A DNA stretch of 64,000 nt from an uncultured Opitutus sp. (GCA_964504885.1 CAZDGC010000020.1:3552-67551), one strand, 5' to 3'; shown: positions 17,909-27,167, counted from the stretch's first letter. Numbers and translations are program-made. The notes: a model not told the origin generated them from the letters alone.

Positions 17909-19507
17909 TCAGTCGGCGATCAAGGCGATTGCTCTTGCCACCTCCGGATTGGCGCAGACTCGCGGCGGCTTGCCGCTGGCCGTCACGAGACGCCGGACAT
18001 TGAGCGTCTTCGTCAGCGCATAGGGATGCGGTCGCTCTGGCTTCGGTGGACCAAGCGGATCGGAGAAATAGACCAGCCCGGTGTAGTCGGCCGGATGCCT
18101 GCCGTCTTCCACGTACAGTCCGTCGATCGTGACCGCGCGCGGCATCGAACACGGATAGCCGAAATTGTGAGTGCCATCGTTGCTCAGGGCGAACATCACC
18201 AGGCTGGTCGTTTCGCCCGCGTCCGGGATCCAGCGGCAGTTGCGGATCCACACGTCGCCGTCCCACGGCGAGCCGTAGTCCGAGCGGAACCGGATCAGGT
18301 GCCGGCCGTGCAGCACGGAATCCTCGACGACGAGCCGGCCGCGCCCGACGGCATTGAGCCCGGCATGGCCCAGCGTGCTGCGCCGGATGACCAGGGAGCC
18401 GGAGACGCCCTGGTGCACGTCCATCCGCGACAGCACGCAGTCCTCCAGCAGGATGTTCTTCATGAAGTTGGTGGCGATCACGCCCCAGCGGCTGCGGTCG
18501 TGGATCTGCTCCCCGGGCATGTGGCAGCCCAGCATGCGGAAGTTCACCACGAGCGAAACGCTGTAGCCGTAGGTGCCCATCGACACCGGCCGGCCCGCCG
18601 CGCCGATGGTCCGGTACGTCCTGCGCCCGTCGATCGAGCAGTTGCGCAGCGTGATGTGGGCGCACTGCCGGATGTTCAGGAAGCCATCGTACGGCCGGCC
18701 GACCTCGGTTTCGCCGGTGACGCGATGGATCAGATCCCGGACCTCGGTGTTCGAACGGCTGATACGGAGGTTGCGGCTCCAGTAGTTGTAGCCCTTTTCC
18801 TGCGGCATGCGGTTCGCCACGTGAGTGAAGACGCCCCCGCGCAGCAGCAGCGGCTGCGGATCGATGGGCCGGGCCTCGGCCCGGGTGACGACCTCGTACT
18901 CCCAATCCACCCCACCCTCCAGCGACCCATCGCGGCGCAGGATGAAGACCTCCTTCTGCGCGGTGCCGGCATTCTGGTTGAGGCCGCGGCGGATGAAGAT
19001 CCGGCGATGTGCGTTCTCCACGAGGACCAGGAGGTCGTTCGCCGGCCGGAGGTCGAGCCGGGTCTGGCCTTGCGCCAGGCGCTCGATCGCGAGCGGCACC
19101 GGAGGCAGGAGGGAAACAACCTCGAACAGCGGGGCCCGGTGGTTCTCGACGCCCTGGGTGTCGTCGATCAGGAGGCGCGAGGTGTTCCAGTCGGTATCGG
19201 TGGCGATGAGGGCGGTGAGCGCCCGGCGGCCGAGGTGGTAGGTCGCCCTGGGGTTCGAGCGCACCGGCAACCCGTGTTGGTTGGCGTGGGCGTGCGCGGC
19301 GCAGATCGCCGGCAGGTCGTCGGTGACGCCATCACCCACCGCCCCGAACGCCTCGTATGTGACCACGCCCCCGGTCGCCCGACCCCACGCCGGCGCGGCT
19401 GACAGCAGCAAAGCCGCGCCGGCCGCCACCAAGACCGTCCACCTTCCCGGCCGCCAGGGTGATTTCGTCGCAGACAGCCGGGTGCAGGAGGCGATGGGAC
19501 TGCTCAT
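17909..19507 (-). CDS. Secreted pectin-lyase-fold (right-handed beta-helix) protein
   Basis: Signal peptide ending PAWG, YEAFGAVGDGVTDD motif, beta-helix-like repeats. Confidence 0.75.
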   Translation of the reverse strand: MSSPIASCTRLSATKSPWRPGRWTVLVAAGAALLLSAAPAWGRATGGVVTYEAFGAVGDGVTDDLPAICAAHAHANQHGLPVRSNPRATYHLGRRALTALIATDTDWNTSRLLIDDTQGVENHRAPLFEVVSLLPPVPLAIERLAQGQTRLDLRPANDLLVLVENAHRRIFIRRGLNQNAGTAQKEVFILRRDGSLEGGVDWEYEVVTRAEARPIDPQPLLLRGGVFTHVANRMPQEKGYNYWSRNLRISRSNTEVRDLIHRVTGETEVGRPYDGFLNIRQCAHITLRNCSIDGRRTYRTIGAAGRPVSMGTYGYSVSLVVNFRMLGCHMPGEQIHDRSRWGVIATNFMKNILLEDCVLSRMDVHQGVSGSLVIRRSTLGHAGLNAVGRGRLVVEDSVLHGRHLIRFRSDYGSPWDGDVWIRNCRWIPDAGETTSLVMFALSNDGTHNFGYPCSMPRAVTIDGLYVEDGRHPADYTGLVYFSDPLGPPKPERPHPYALTKTLNVRRLVTASGKPPRVCANPEVARAIALIAD

Positions 19508-19581
19508 CAGGATCGGATTGAGTGCACCGGAGACGCAGCGGCGGCCGAAACGGGTTATTCACCCGTCGATGATTTCCTGCC
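19505..19581 (-). promoter_or_regulatory. Putative ECF-sigma promoter/leader module, copy 2
   Basis: GGCAGGAAATCAT-N10-ATAACCCGTTTCGGCCGCCGCTGCGTCTC...TCCTGATG, homologous to 13746-13822. Confidence 0.75.
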
Positions 19582-19656
19582 TGTAGGTATCCGGTGTGCC
19601 AACCCTCGGTCGCGGATCAGGATCAGTCTCCGCCCGCCCCGTCCCCCCGGGGCCGC

Positions 19657-20193
19657 CTACCGCCAGTCGAGCAGTTCGACCTCGAAGATCAGCGTGGCCT
19701 TGCCAGGGATGGTGGGGGGCTTGCCCTTTTCGCCGTAGGCGAGCCAGTAGGGGATGATCAGCGTGCGCTTCTCGCCGCGCTTCATGGTGAGGAAGGCCTC
19801 GTCCCAGCCGCGGATCACGGCGCCGGTGCCAACGCGAAAGGTGAAGGGGGCGCCGCGGCGGAAGGAGCTGTCGAAGGACGTGCCGTCGAGCAACCGGCCT
19901 TCGTAATGGGCGATGACCTCGCTGCCGAGCGAGGGCGTGTCCGCGCCGGTGCCGGCGGCGCGCACCACCCAGCGCAGGCCGGACGGGCGGCGGTTGGCGT
20001 TCGGGAATTGCTGCACCAGCAGCAGCTCGTCTTCGGTGCTGTACTGCGGGTTGCGGCGGTCCATCGCCTCGCGCATGGCGCTGTTGATCGGGCGGTCGCG
20101 CGGATCGTGGCGCGCGAACCAGCCCGAACGAGCCACAAAAGCGATGGTGGCGAGCACCGCGGCAAGCAGGAGCAGATAGAAAAAGTTCCGCAT
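19657..20193 (-). CDS. FKBP-type peptidyl-prolyl cis-trans isomerase
   Basis: HYEGRLLDGTSFDSS, VIRGWDE, LAYG, TLIFEVEL. Confidence 0.95.
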   Translation of the reverse strand: MRNFFYLLLLAAVLATIAFVARSGWFARHDPRDRPINSAMREAMDRRNPQYSTEDELLLVQQFPNANRRPSGLRWVVRAAGTGADTPSLGSEVIAHYEGRLLDGTSFDSSFRRGAPFTFRVGTGAVIRGWDEAFLTMKRGEKRTLIIPYWLAYGEKGKPPTIPGKATLIFEVELLDWR

Positions 20194-20250
20194 GGAGAAG
20201 AGGCCCGAGGCTGTAGTGGTGTCCGGCGAATTGGCAAATCTGGAGGGCGA

Positions 20251-20338
20251 GAAGGGGTCATGTCCGGAATCCGGACAACGCCACCGGTGCCCGCACGGGG
20301 AAAGCCGACCTTTTCCGGATTCCGGACATGACCCCTTC
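20251..20338. repeat. 88-bp element with 25-bp perfect terminal inverted repeats (family B; MITE/REPIN-like)
   Basis: GAAGGGGTCATGTCCGGAATCCGGA (20251-20275) ... TCCGGATTCCGGACATGACCCCTTC (20314-20338). Confidence 0.85.
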
Positions 20339-20368
20339 GGCTCCCCCCGGACGACCGGTCACGTGCCG

Positions 20369-20403
20369 GCGGACGATCGCCGGCGGCGATACGTCCGCGC
20401 CCC
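20369..20403 (-). repeat. REP-like palindrome, family A, copy 3
   Basis: Minus strand GGGGCGCGGACGTATCGCC-GCC-GGCGATCGTCCGC, just after the stop of 20408..21766. Confidence 0.75.
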
Positions 20404-20407
20404 GCGC

Positions 20408-21766
20408 TCACTTGCCCAGGCAGTACAGCTTGGTGCCCGTGCGGACGTAGAGGTTGCCCTGCGAGATGGCGACGCTGGAGCGGTGGCGGGTGTCGTCGCC
20501 GGCATCCTTGAAGTTTGCGGTATGCAGGATCTTGAACCCGCTGCCGCCCGCCTGCACGACCGAGACGTCGGCGTCGAAGTTCATCACATAGATCCTCCCG
20601 TCGGCGGCGGTGGGCGAGGCCTGAAAGACGGAGCGGCCGCCGAGGTCGCCGCTCCAGACGATGGCGCCGTCGGCGGGGTTCACGCAGAGGAGCTTCCGCT
20701 TGGTGCCGTTGAGCACGTAAAACTTCCCCTCGTAGAACAGCGGCGTGGGCACGTCGCTGGTGAGGTCGCGCTCGTTGCGGGTGGGTGCGGCCTCGGCGGC
20801 GTCCTCGGTCGGCTGCACGTGGCTCTGCCAGACGAGAGCCTGGCGGTGGGTGGCGGTGCCGCTGAGGCCGGCGCGGACGGCGTAGACGGGGGCGTTCTTG
20901 GGCGCACAGGCGAGCAGCACGCCCGCGCCGTAGGTGGGCGAGGGGACGAGTCGCCAGTGGCCGATCTTGGTCGGGTTCCATGTGCCCCAGCGCCAGAGTT
21001 CGCGGCCGTTGGCAGGATCGTGCCCGGTGATGCAGTCGCCGCCGATTACCACGAGCTCCTCGCGGCCCTGGTGCACGAGCGGCAGCGGCGTGCTGAACGC
21101 CTCGCGCGACTCCGCCACGGCCTCGGAGGGTCGCAGGCTGCGCCATACGTCCCGGCCCGTGAGCGGGTCCAGCGCGAGCAGGTAGGACTCGTTGCCCGTG
21201 GGCTTGCCCCGGCCGCGCACAGCGACGTCGCGCTGGAGGATCTGCATGACCAGCCGGCCGTCGTGGAGCAGCGGGCTGGAGGAAAACGTCCACTGGAACG
21301 CGAACGGCCCGAGGTTGCGCTCCCAGAGTTTTTTCCCGCCGACCTCGAACGCGGCCAGCTCGCCGGTGCCGAAGAAGAACACGACGACCTTCCCGTCGGT
21401 CACCGGCGACGGCGAACAGGAGTTGCTGTACTGGCCGTCGGTGGTGAAGGCGCTGATGTCGGCGCGCCAGAGCTGCCGGCCGGTGCGGCGATCGAGCGCG
21501 ATCGCGCACTGCTGGCCGGACTTCGTGTCGGCCGCGGTGACAAACACGCGGTCGCCCCAGATGATGGGCGTGGCGGCGGAGGAGCCGGGAAGGTCGACGG
21601 CCCACTTGACGTTTTCGGTCTTCGAGAACGTGACGGGCAGGCCCTTTTCGGGGCTGGAGCCGTTGTGCGCCGGACCGCGCCAGTTCGCCCAGTTGCCGGC
21701 GGAAAGCGCGGTGGTCGTGAGGAGGAACGCGAGCGGGGCGAGCAGGTGGTTGGGGCGGCGTTTCAT
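20408..21766 (-). CDS. PQQ-binding-like beta-propeller repeat protein (secreted)
   Basis: NWANWRGP, ATPIIWGDRVFV, SPSPVTDG, SSP, ASPTAADGRIY, LYVRT..LYCLG. Confidence 0.9.
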   Translation of the reverse strand: MKRRPNHLLAPLAFLLTTTALSAGNWANWRGPAHNGSSPEKGLPVTFSKTENVKWAVDLPGSSAATPIIWGDRVFVTAADTKSGQQCAIALDRRTGRQLWRADISAFTTDGQYSNSCSPSPVTDGKVVVFFFGTGELAAFEVGGKKLWERNLGPFAFQWTFSSSPLLHDGRLVMQILQRDVAVRGRGKPTGNESYLLALDPLTGRDVWRSLRPSEAVAESREAFSTPLPLVHQGREELVVIGGDCITGHDPANGRELWRWGTWNPTKIGHWRLVPSPTYGAGVLLACAPKNAPVYAVRAGLSGTATHRQALVWQSHVQPTEDAAEAAPTRNERDLTSDVPTPLFYEGKFYVLNGTKRKLLCVNPADGAIVWSGDLGGRSVFQASPTAADGRIYVMNFDADVSVVQAGGSGFKILHTANFKDAGDDTRHRSSVAISQGNLYVRTGTKLYCLGK

Positions 21767-22072
21767 GGCGGGACGGAGGCGGCGTGGGAGGACGGGGATG
21801 GAGCAGCCCGTGCGAGCCCGCCGGGGTGGGCGGGGCCGCGGGGCGCGAACGGTCGCTGGGGACTCCGCAAGCTCGGCGCAGCGGGGTCAAGTGCAACACG
21901 CCGCCCGCCCGGCGCACCGGCGCTGCTCCTGGCCAAAGCGGGCAGGCGGTAAGGCCGACCGGCGCCATTAATCCCGCCGGGGCGCAATTCGCCGGTTGCT
22001 TCTGCCGGGTCCGGGCTCCGCCCGCGGGCTTGCCGGCGGCGGCGAACCCGCGCACACCTCTCTCCAGCCGTC

Positions 22073-23455
22073 ATGAAACCCCTCACTCGTCGCGAATTCG
22101 CCCGCACCTCCGTCCTCGGCGCCAGCCTCCTCGCCGCCCCCAACCTCATCCCCGCCCGCCTGCTCGGCGCGGGCGCTCCCAGCAACAAGGTCCGCGTCGG
22201 CCAGATCGGCTGCGGCCGCATCGCGCGCGACCACGACATGCCGAACGTTTTTCACTCGGACCTCGCCGACATCGTGGCCGTGTGCGACGTCGACTCGCGC
22301 CGCGCCGCCGACGGCAAGGTGCGCGTCGAGGGGTTCTACAAGGAAAAGAATCTCCCCGCGCCGCCCATCTCCGTGCACGGCGACTACCGCGAGTTGCTGT
22401 CGCGCCCCGACATCGACGCGATCTGCATCAGCACGCCCGATCACTGGCACGCCGAGCCCGCACTCGCCGCCGTGCTCGCAGGCAAGGACGTCTACCTGCA
22501 GAAGCCGATGACGATGACCCACGCCGAGGGCGTGATCCTGCGCCGGGCGCTGGAAAAGACCGGCCGCATCTTCCAGCTCGGCAGCCAGCAGCGCTGCAAC
22601 AACCAGCAGTTCCGCAAGGCCAGCGAGTTCGTGCGCAGCGGGCGCGTCGGGCGCCTGAAGCGCGTCGAGATCGGCCTGCCGATCGACCCGACCGCGCCGG
22701 ACAACCCGCCGCAGCCCGTGCCGGCCAACCTCGACTACGACCGCTGGCTCGGCTGCACGCCCCGGCAGCCCTACACCGAGCAGCGGGTGCATCCACAAAA
22801 AGGTTACGACCGCCCCGGCTGGCTGCGCAACGACGCCTACTGCCTCGGCATGATCACGGGCTGGGGCGCGCACCACTACGACATCCTGCATTGGGCGCTC
22901 GACTGCGAGCTCGGCGGCCCGACCCGCATCGAGGCCCGCGCCGATTTTCCGAAGAACACGATCTGGAACGTCCACGGCGCCTACCACATCGAGCTCGACT
23001 ACCCGGGCGGCGTGCGCGTCGCCGTCTCCGACAAGTTCCCCAACGGCCTCAAGTTCATCGGCGACGACGGCTGGATCTTTGTCTCGCGCGGCAGCGTCGC
23101 GACCAAGGACCCCGCGGTGCCGCGCGGCCGCCTGCGCCCGCTCGACGCCAGCAACGACAAGCTGATCGATCCGAAGGGCGTGAAGGTGCAGTTGCCGCAG
23201 TGCTCCGAACACCACCTCAACTGGCTCGAAAGCGTGAAGTCGCGGAAGCAGCCGCTGGTCCCGGCGCCGGTCGCCCACCGCGGCAACGCCGCCTGCATCG
23301 TGAGCTGGATCGCGATGAAGCTCGGCCGCCCGCTCACCTGGGATCCCAAGGCGGAGAAATTCGTCAACGACGCCGCGGCCAACGCCCTGCTGGTCCGCCC
23401 CGAGCGCGCGCCCTACGGTGCCACGCGCCTCGCGGCCAAGTCCGGCCTCGCCTGA
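22073..23455 (+). CDS. Tat-exported Gfo/Idh/MocA oxidoreductase
   Basis: TRREF twin-arginine signal, IGCGRI, STPDHWH, DVYLQKP, GSQQR. Confidence 0.92.
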   Translation: MKPLTRREFARTSVLGASLLAAPNLIPARLLGAGAPSNKVRVGQIGCGRIARDHDMPNVFHSDLADIVAVCDVDSRRAADGKVRVEGFYKEKNLPAPPISVHGDYRELLSRPDIDAICISTPDHWHAEPALAAVLAGKDVYLQKPMTMTHAEGVILRRALEKTGRIFQLGSQQRCNNQQFRKASEFVRSGRVGRLKRVEIGLPIDPTAPDNPPQPVPANLDYDRWLGCTPRQPYTEQRVHPQKGYDRPGWLRNDAYCLGMITGWGAHHYDILHWALDCELGGPTRIEARADFPKNTIWNVHGAYHIELDYPGGVRVAVSDKFPNGLKFIGDDGWIFVSRGSVATKDPAVPRGRLRPLDASNDKLIDPKGVKVQLPQCSEHHLNWLESVKSRKQPLVPAPVAHRGNAACIVSWIAMKLGRPLTWDPKAEKFVNDAAANALLVRPERAPYGATRLAAKSGLA

Positions 23456-23474
23456 GGCGCGCCCGCGGAGTCCC

Positions 23475-24152
23475 GTGAGCGCCGCCTGGACGGAGCAACC
23501 GGTCTTCTTCCTCGATTTCGAGGGCAGCCGCGCCTCCGGCATCCTCGAATTTGGCGTCGTCGAAGTGCACCGCGCCGCGGTGGTGTCGGCCCGCACGCGT
23601 CTCTGCCGCGCCACCGGCGAGGTGCGGCCGGAGGACGCCGCGGTGCACGGGCTGCAGGCGGAGACGGTGGCGGCGCACGCGCCGTTCGCGGACGAGTGGC
23701 ATTACTTTTCCAGCCTGCGCGAACTCGGCCCGCTGGCGGCGCACTACGCGGGGGTGGAGAACGGCCTGCTCAAGTCGGTCTGGCCCTACCCGCGCAGCGT
23801 GCCCGACTTCGCGCGGCCGGGGGCGCGCATCGTCGACTGGGGGCCGTGGATCGACACCGCGCGACTCTACGCGCAACTGCTCCCGCGGTTCGAGTCGGGG
23901 CGCCTCGAGATGCTGGTGGCGGCCGCGGGCCTGCAGGCGGAGCTCGATGCCCTCGCCGCGGCGCACTGCCCGCCGGCCCGGCGGCGTTACCATGCCGCGC
24001 TCTACGACGCGCTCGCGGGGGCGCTGCTGTTGATCGCGCTGGCCCGCGATCCGCAGGTGGCGGCGTTGTCGACCATGCAGCTCCTCGCGCTGAGCACGCT
24101 CGACCCCCGCAAGCGCGACGCGCTCCAGCAGTCGGAGCTGTTTCCGTCGTAA
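23475..24152 (+). CDS. DEDDh 3'-5' exonuclease (DnaQ-like)
   Basis: FLDFEG, VHGL, WIDT, HAALYDA. GTG start. Confidence 0.85.
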   Translation: MSAAWTEQPVFFLDFEGSRASGILEFGVVEVHRAAVVSARTRLCRATGEVRPEDAAVHGLQAETVAAHAPFADEWHYFSSLRELGPLAAHYAGVENGLLKSVWPYPRSVPDFARPGARIVDWGPWIDTARLYAQLLPRFESGRLEMLVAAAGLQAELDALAAAHCPPARRRYHAALYDALAGALLLIALARDPQVAALSTMQLLALSTLDPRKRDALQQSELFPS

Positions 24153-24176
24153 GGTGCGGCAGCCACGCGCCGCACC

Positions 24177-24938
24177 TCACTCGATCGGATACCGCTTCAG
24201 CCCGGTCTTCTGGGCGAGCACGCGAAGCACGAAGATCGGATTGGTCTTCAGGTAGCGCCGGGCGAGGCGCCGCGGTTCGGTGCCGAGGCGGAAGAGCCAT
24301 TCGAGCCCGCTGCGCTGCATCCAGCGCGGGGCCTGGCGGACGCGACCCGACAGGAAGTCGAAGGCGGCGCCGACGCCGATCATCACTCCGGCATCCAGCT
24401 CGCGCCAGTGCGCGGCCATGAACCGTTCCTGCTTGGGGGCGCCGAGGCCGACCCAGATGATGTCGGGACGGACGCGCGCGACTTCCGCCTGCCAGGCCCG
24501 GAACTCGTCGTCGGTGAGCGGCCGGAAGGGGGGTTCATACGAGCCCACAATTTGCACGCCCGGAAAGCGCTGCTCCAGCCGTTGGGTCAGCGCCGCGGCC
24601 ACCCCCGACACGCCCCCGAAGAGATAATGCCGCAAGCCCACGGCGCGGCCGGCATCGCAGATGTCGAGGAGCAGATCCGGCCCGTAGACGCGCTCCACCC
24701 CGGGGGGGCCAAGCCAGACCAGCGGCATGCCGTCGGGCGTGGTCAGCCAGGACTGGTTGTAGGCCCGGCGCAGCTCCGGATCGGAGCGGGACTCCGTGAC
24801 GCCAAAGGCCGTTGCCAGGCAGACATAACCGCGGCGCAACTGCCCGCGCGTACCCAGGATCAACGCGCGGGTCTGGGCGAGGGTCAGGGCGGAGACGCCA
24901 ACGCCGAGGACGTTGTAGCGCGCGGGCTCATCAGGCAT
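24177..24938 (-). CDS. WecB/TagA/CpsF family glycosyltransferase
   Basis: PDGMPLVW, RVYGPDL, WVGLGAPKQE, GVGAAFDF, LEWLFRL..EPRRL..RY. Confidence 0.93.
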   Translation of the reverse strand: MPDEPARYNVLGVGVSALTLAQTRALILGTRGQLRRGYVCLATAFGVTESRSDPELRRAYNQSWLTTPDGMPLVWLGPPGVERVYGPDLLLDICDAGRAVGLRHYLFGGVSGVAAALTQRLEQRFPGVQIVGSYEPPFRPLTDDEFRAWQAEVARVRPDIIWVGLGAPKQERFMAAHWRELDAGVMIGVGAAFDFLSGRVRQAPRWMQRSGLEWLFRLGTEPRRLARRYLKTNPIFVLRVLAQKTGLKRYPIE

Positions 24939-25135
24939 TGGCGGCGAAACGAGCAGGTGCGGAGGGGGTTGGCAAGACTCGGGCGGACGGGCCGGAGGTG
25001 CGAGACAACTTGCAGCGCCGGCCGAGTTCCGCACCGTGGCCGCATGCCACGAATCCGCCGCCCTTTTCGGTGCGCCTGCGCGGCCCCCGCGGGGGCGGGG
25101 GGCGCGGCGGGGTACGGCGAGCGGGAGCGGCGCGC

Positions 25136-25666
25136 ATGAAGTGGCGGGAGACTCGCGGCTGGCTGCGCGCGGACCTGGAGCGGCTGGATCGCTTCCGGCC
25201 GGACGGCGGTGGATCGGCCCGCTGGACTCCGGCGCACCTGTGCGTGGCGCTGTATCGCCTCACCCAGTACTTCAGCCGGAACGGCCACCGGTTTCTCGCC
25301 CGGCTGACTTGGCAGGTGAACCACTTTCTCACCGCGGCGGATGTGAGTCCCGGGGCCGATCTCGGACCCGGGCTGGTGATCCTGCACCCTGCGGCCGTGA
25401 TGATTCACGGGCGGGCGGGCCGGAACCTGACCGTGGTCGGGCGCGGCGGCTTCGGGGGCGGATTGAGCCTGAAGGATGTCGGGGCGGGCCCGGGCTTCGC
25501 CTGGCTGGGCGACGAAGTCACGCTCGAGATGGGGGCGATGATTCTCGGACCGCAGCGGATCGGGGACCGGGTGCGGATTGGGGCGAACTGCACGGTGATC
25601 CAGGATTTGCCCGACGATGCGGTGGTTGCACCGCTGGCGCTGCGGGTGCGGGGCGCGGGAGCATGA
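25136..25666 (+). CDS. CysE/LbH-type O-acetyltransferase-like protein 1
   Basis: LYRL helix, ADVSPGADLGPGLVILHP, hexapeptide IGDRVRIGANCTV. Confidence 0.8.
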   Translation: MKWRETRGWLRADLERLDRFRPDGGGSARWTPAHLCVALYRLTQYFSRNGHRFLARLTWQVNHFLTAADVSPGADLGPGLVILHPAAVMIHGRAGRNLTVVGRGGFGGGLSLKDVGAGPGFAWLGDEVTLEMGAMILGPQRIGDRVRIGANCTVIQDLPDDAVVAPLALRVRGAGA

Positions 25667-26253
25667 TGCACCCCTACCCTCTCGCGACGCTCTGGCGGGA
25701 CTGGCAGGACGACCTCGCGGCGTTCGTGCGCGAGGGTCTGGCGCCGCGGACCGGCTGGCGCGGGCGGGCGCAACGGCTCAGTGCCGCCTTCATGCCCCCG
25801 GTGCTGTGCTGCCTGCTCTACCGCCTGTCACATGTCTGTTGCAGCCGGAGCTGGGCGCGGCTCGCGGAGCTGGTGGCGCTGCTCAACCAGGCCGCGTTCG
25901 GCGCGAGCATCAGTCCGGGGTCCGAGATCGGCGGCGGATTGTACCTGCCGCATCCGGCTGCGGTGGTGCTGCAGGTGCGGGCGGGACGCAACCTGCGCGT
26001 TTACGCCGGGGCCAGCGTGCATTGCCGGCCGCTGCGGCCGCTGGATGGGCTGCCGCTCCAGGGCGCGCCGGAGCTGGGTGCGGCGGTGCGCGTCGGCGCC
26101 AAGGCGGTCGTGGCCGGGCCGGTGCGGATCGGCGACGGTGCGACCGTCTCGTTCGATGCAGTCGTAGGGCAGGATCTCGGTCCGGGCGCCTCGGCGCTGC
26201 AGTCGCCGCTGCGCAACTACCGGATGGCGGTCGCGGAAGGGAGGGCCGGATGA
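25663..26253 (+). CDS. CysE/LbH-type O-acetyltransferase-like protein 2
   Basis: LLYRLSH, ISPGSEIGGGLYLPHP, VRVGAKAVVAGPVRIGD. ATGA overlap. Confidence 0.8.
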   Translation: MMHPYPLATLWRDWQDDLAAFVREGLAPRTGWRGRAQRLSAAFMPPVLCCLLYRLSHVCCSRSWARLAELVALLNQAAFGASISPGSEIGGGLYLPHPAAVVLQVRAGRNLRVYAGASVHCRPLRPLDGLPLQGAPELGAAVRVGAKAVVAGPVRIGDGATVSFDAVVGQDLGPGASALQSPLRNYRMAVAEGRAG

Positions 26254-27167
26254 GTGGGCGTGTCCCGCGGGTGAGCGTCATCCTCAACACCTGCAATTCG
26301 AGCCGGTACCTGGACGAGACCCTCGACAGCCTGCTGGCCCAGACGGTGACGGACTGGGAGGCGATTGTCTGGGACAATTGTTCCGGGGACGACACGGTGG
26401 CGCGGGTGGAGGCGCGGCGCGATCCGCGGTTCCGGGTGGAGGTGGCGCCGCGGCCGATGACGCTGGCGGAGGGGCGCAATCAGGCGCTCGACCGGGCGGT
26501 GGGAGAGTGGCTGGCGTTCCTCGACCACGATGACCTGTGGCAGCCGGGGAAACTCGCGGCGCAACTGGCGCGGGCGGCGGAGGCCCCGGATCCGGAGCGG
26601 GTGGGCCTGGTTTATGCGCGGACGCGGTCCTTCTCGGAGCGGGGCGATGAAGGGGAGATGATCTTCCGCTACGAAGGGCGCCCGCTGCCGGAGGGGCGGG
26701 TGCTGACGGTGCTGCTGGAGGAGGGATCGATCATCCCGTTGTCGTCGGCGATGATTCGCCGCCGGGCCTGGGAGGCAGTGCGGCCGATACCGGCGCACCT
26801 GCGTTTTGCGGAGGACTACTGGCTGTTTCTCGCCCTGGCGGAGCGCTTCGAGGTGCGGTGCGTGCAAAGCGAGCAGTGCCGCTACCGGGTGCATGCCGGG
26901 AGCACGACCGCCCGGCACCGGCACCTGTCGCACATCGAGTCGCTCGAACTGCTCGAGGCCTGGCGCGACCACCTGCCGGCGGCCCGGTACCGGCGGCGCC
27001 GTCGGATTTACCACACCCTGTGGGCGGTGGAGCTGGTGCGGCGGGAGGGCCGCTGGGCGGCGGCGCTCGCGAAGATCCTGCGCGAGGGTTCGCTGCCCTT
27101 CCTGGTGCGCGGAGGGCTGTCGCACCTGGTGCGGACCCGCCTGCGCCGGCGGCGGCCGGTGAGTTGA
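26250..27167 (+). CDS. Glycosyltransferase family 2
   Basis: VSVILNTCN, IVWDNCSGD, AFLDHDDLW, EDY. Confidence 0.92.
   Translation: MSGRVPRVSVILNTCNSSRYLDETLDSLLAQTVTDWEAIVWDNCSGDDTVARVEARRDPRFRVEVAPRPMTLAEGRNQALDRAVGEWLAFLDHDDLWQPGKLAAQLARAAEAPDPERVGLVYARTRSFSERGDEGEMIFRYEGRPLPEGRVLTVLLEEGSIIPLSSAMIRRRAWEAVRPIPAHLRFAEDYWLFLALAERFEVRCVQSEQCRYRVHAGSTTARHRHLSHIESLELLEAWRDHLPAARYRRRRRIYHTLWAVELVRREGRWAAALAKILREGSLPFLVRGGLSHLVRTRLRRRRPVS

Noticed and set aside
21767..22072. 300-nt divergent intergenic region with GC-rich hairpins
   Set aside because: No recognisable riboswitch, tRNA or repeat-family match. Such hairpins are expected at this GC content.
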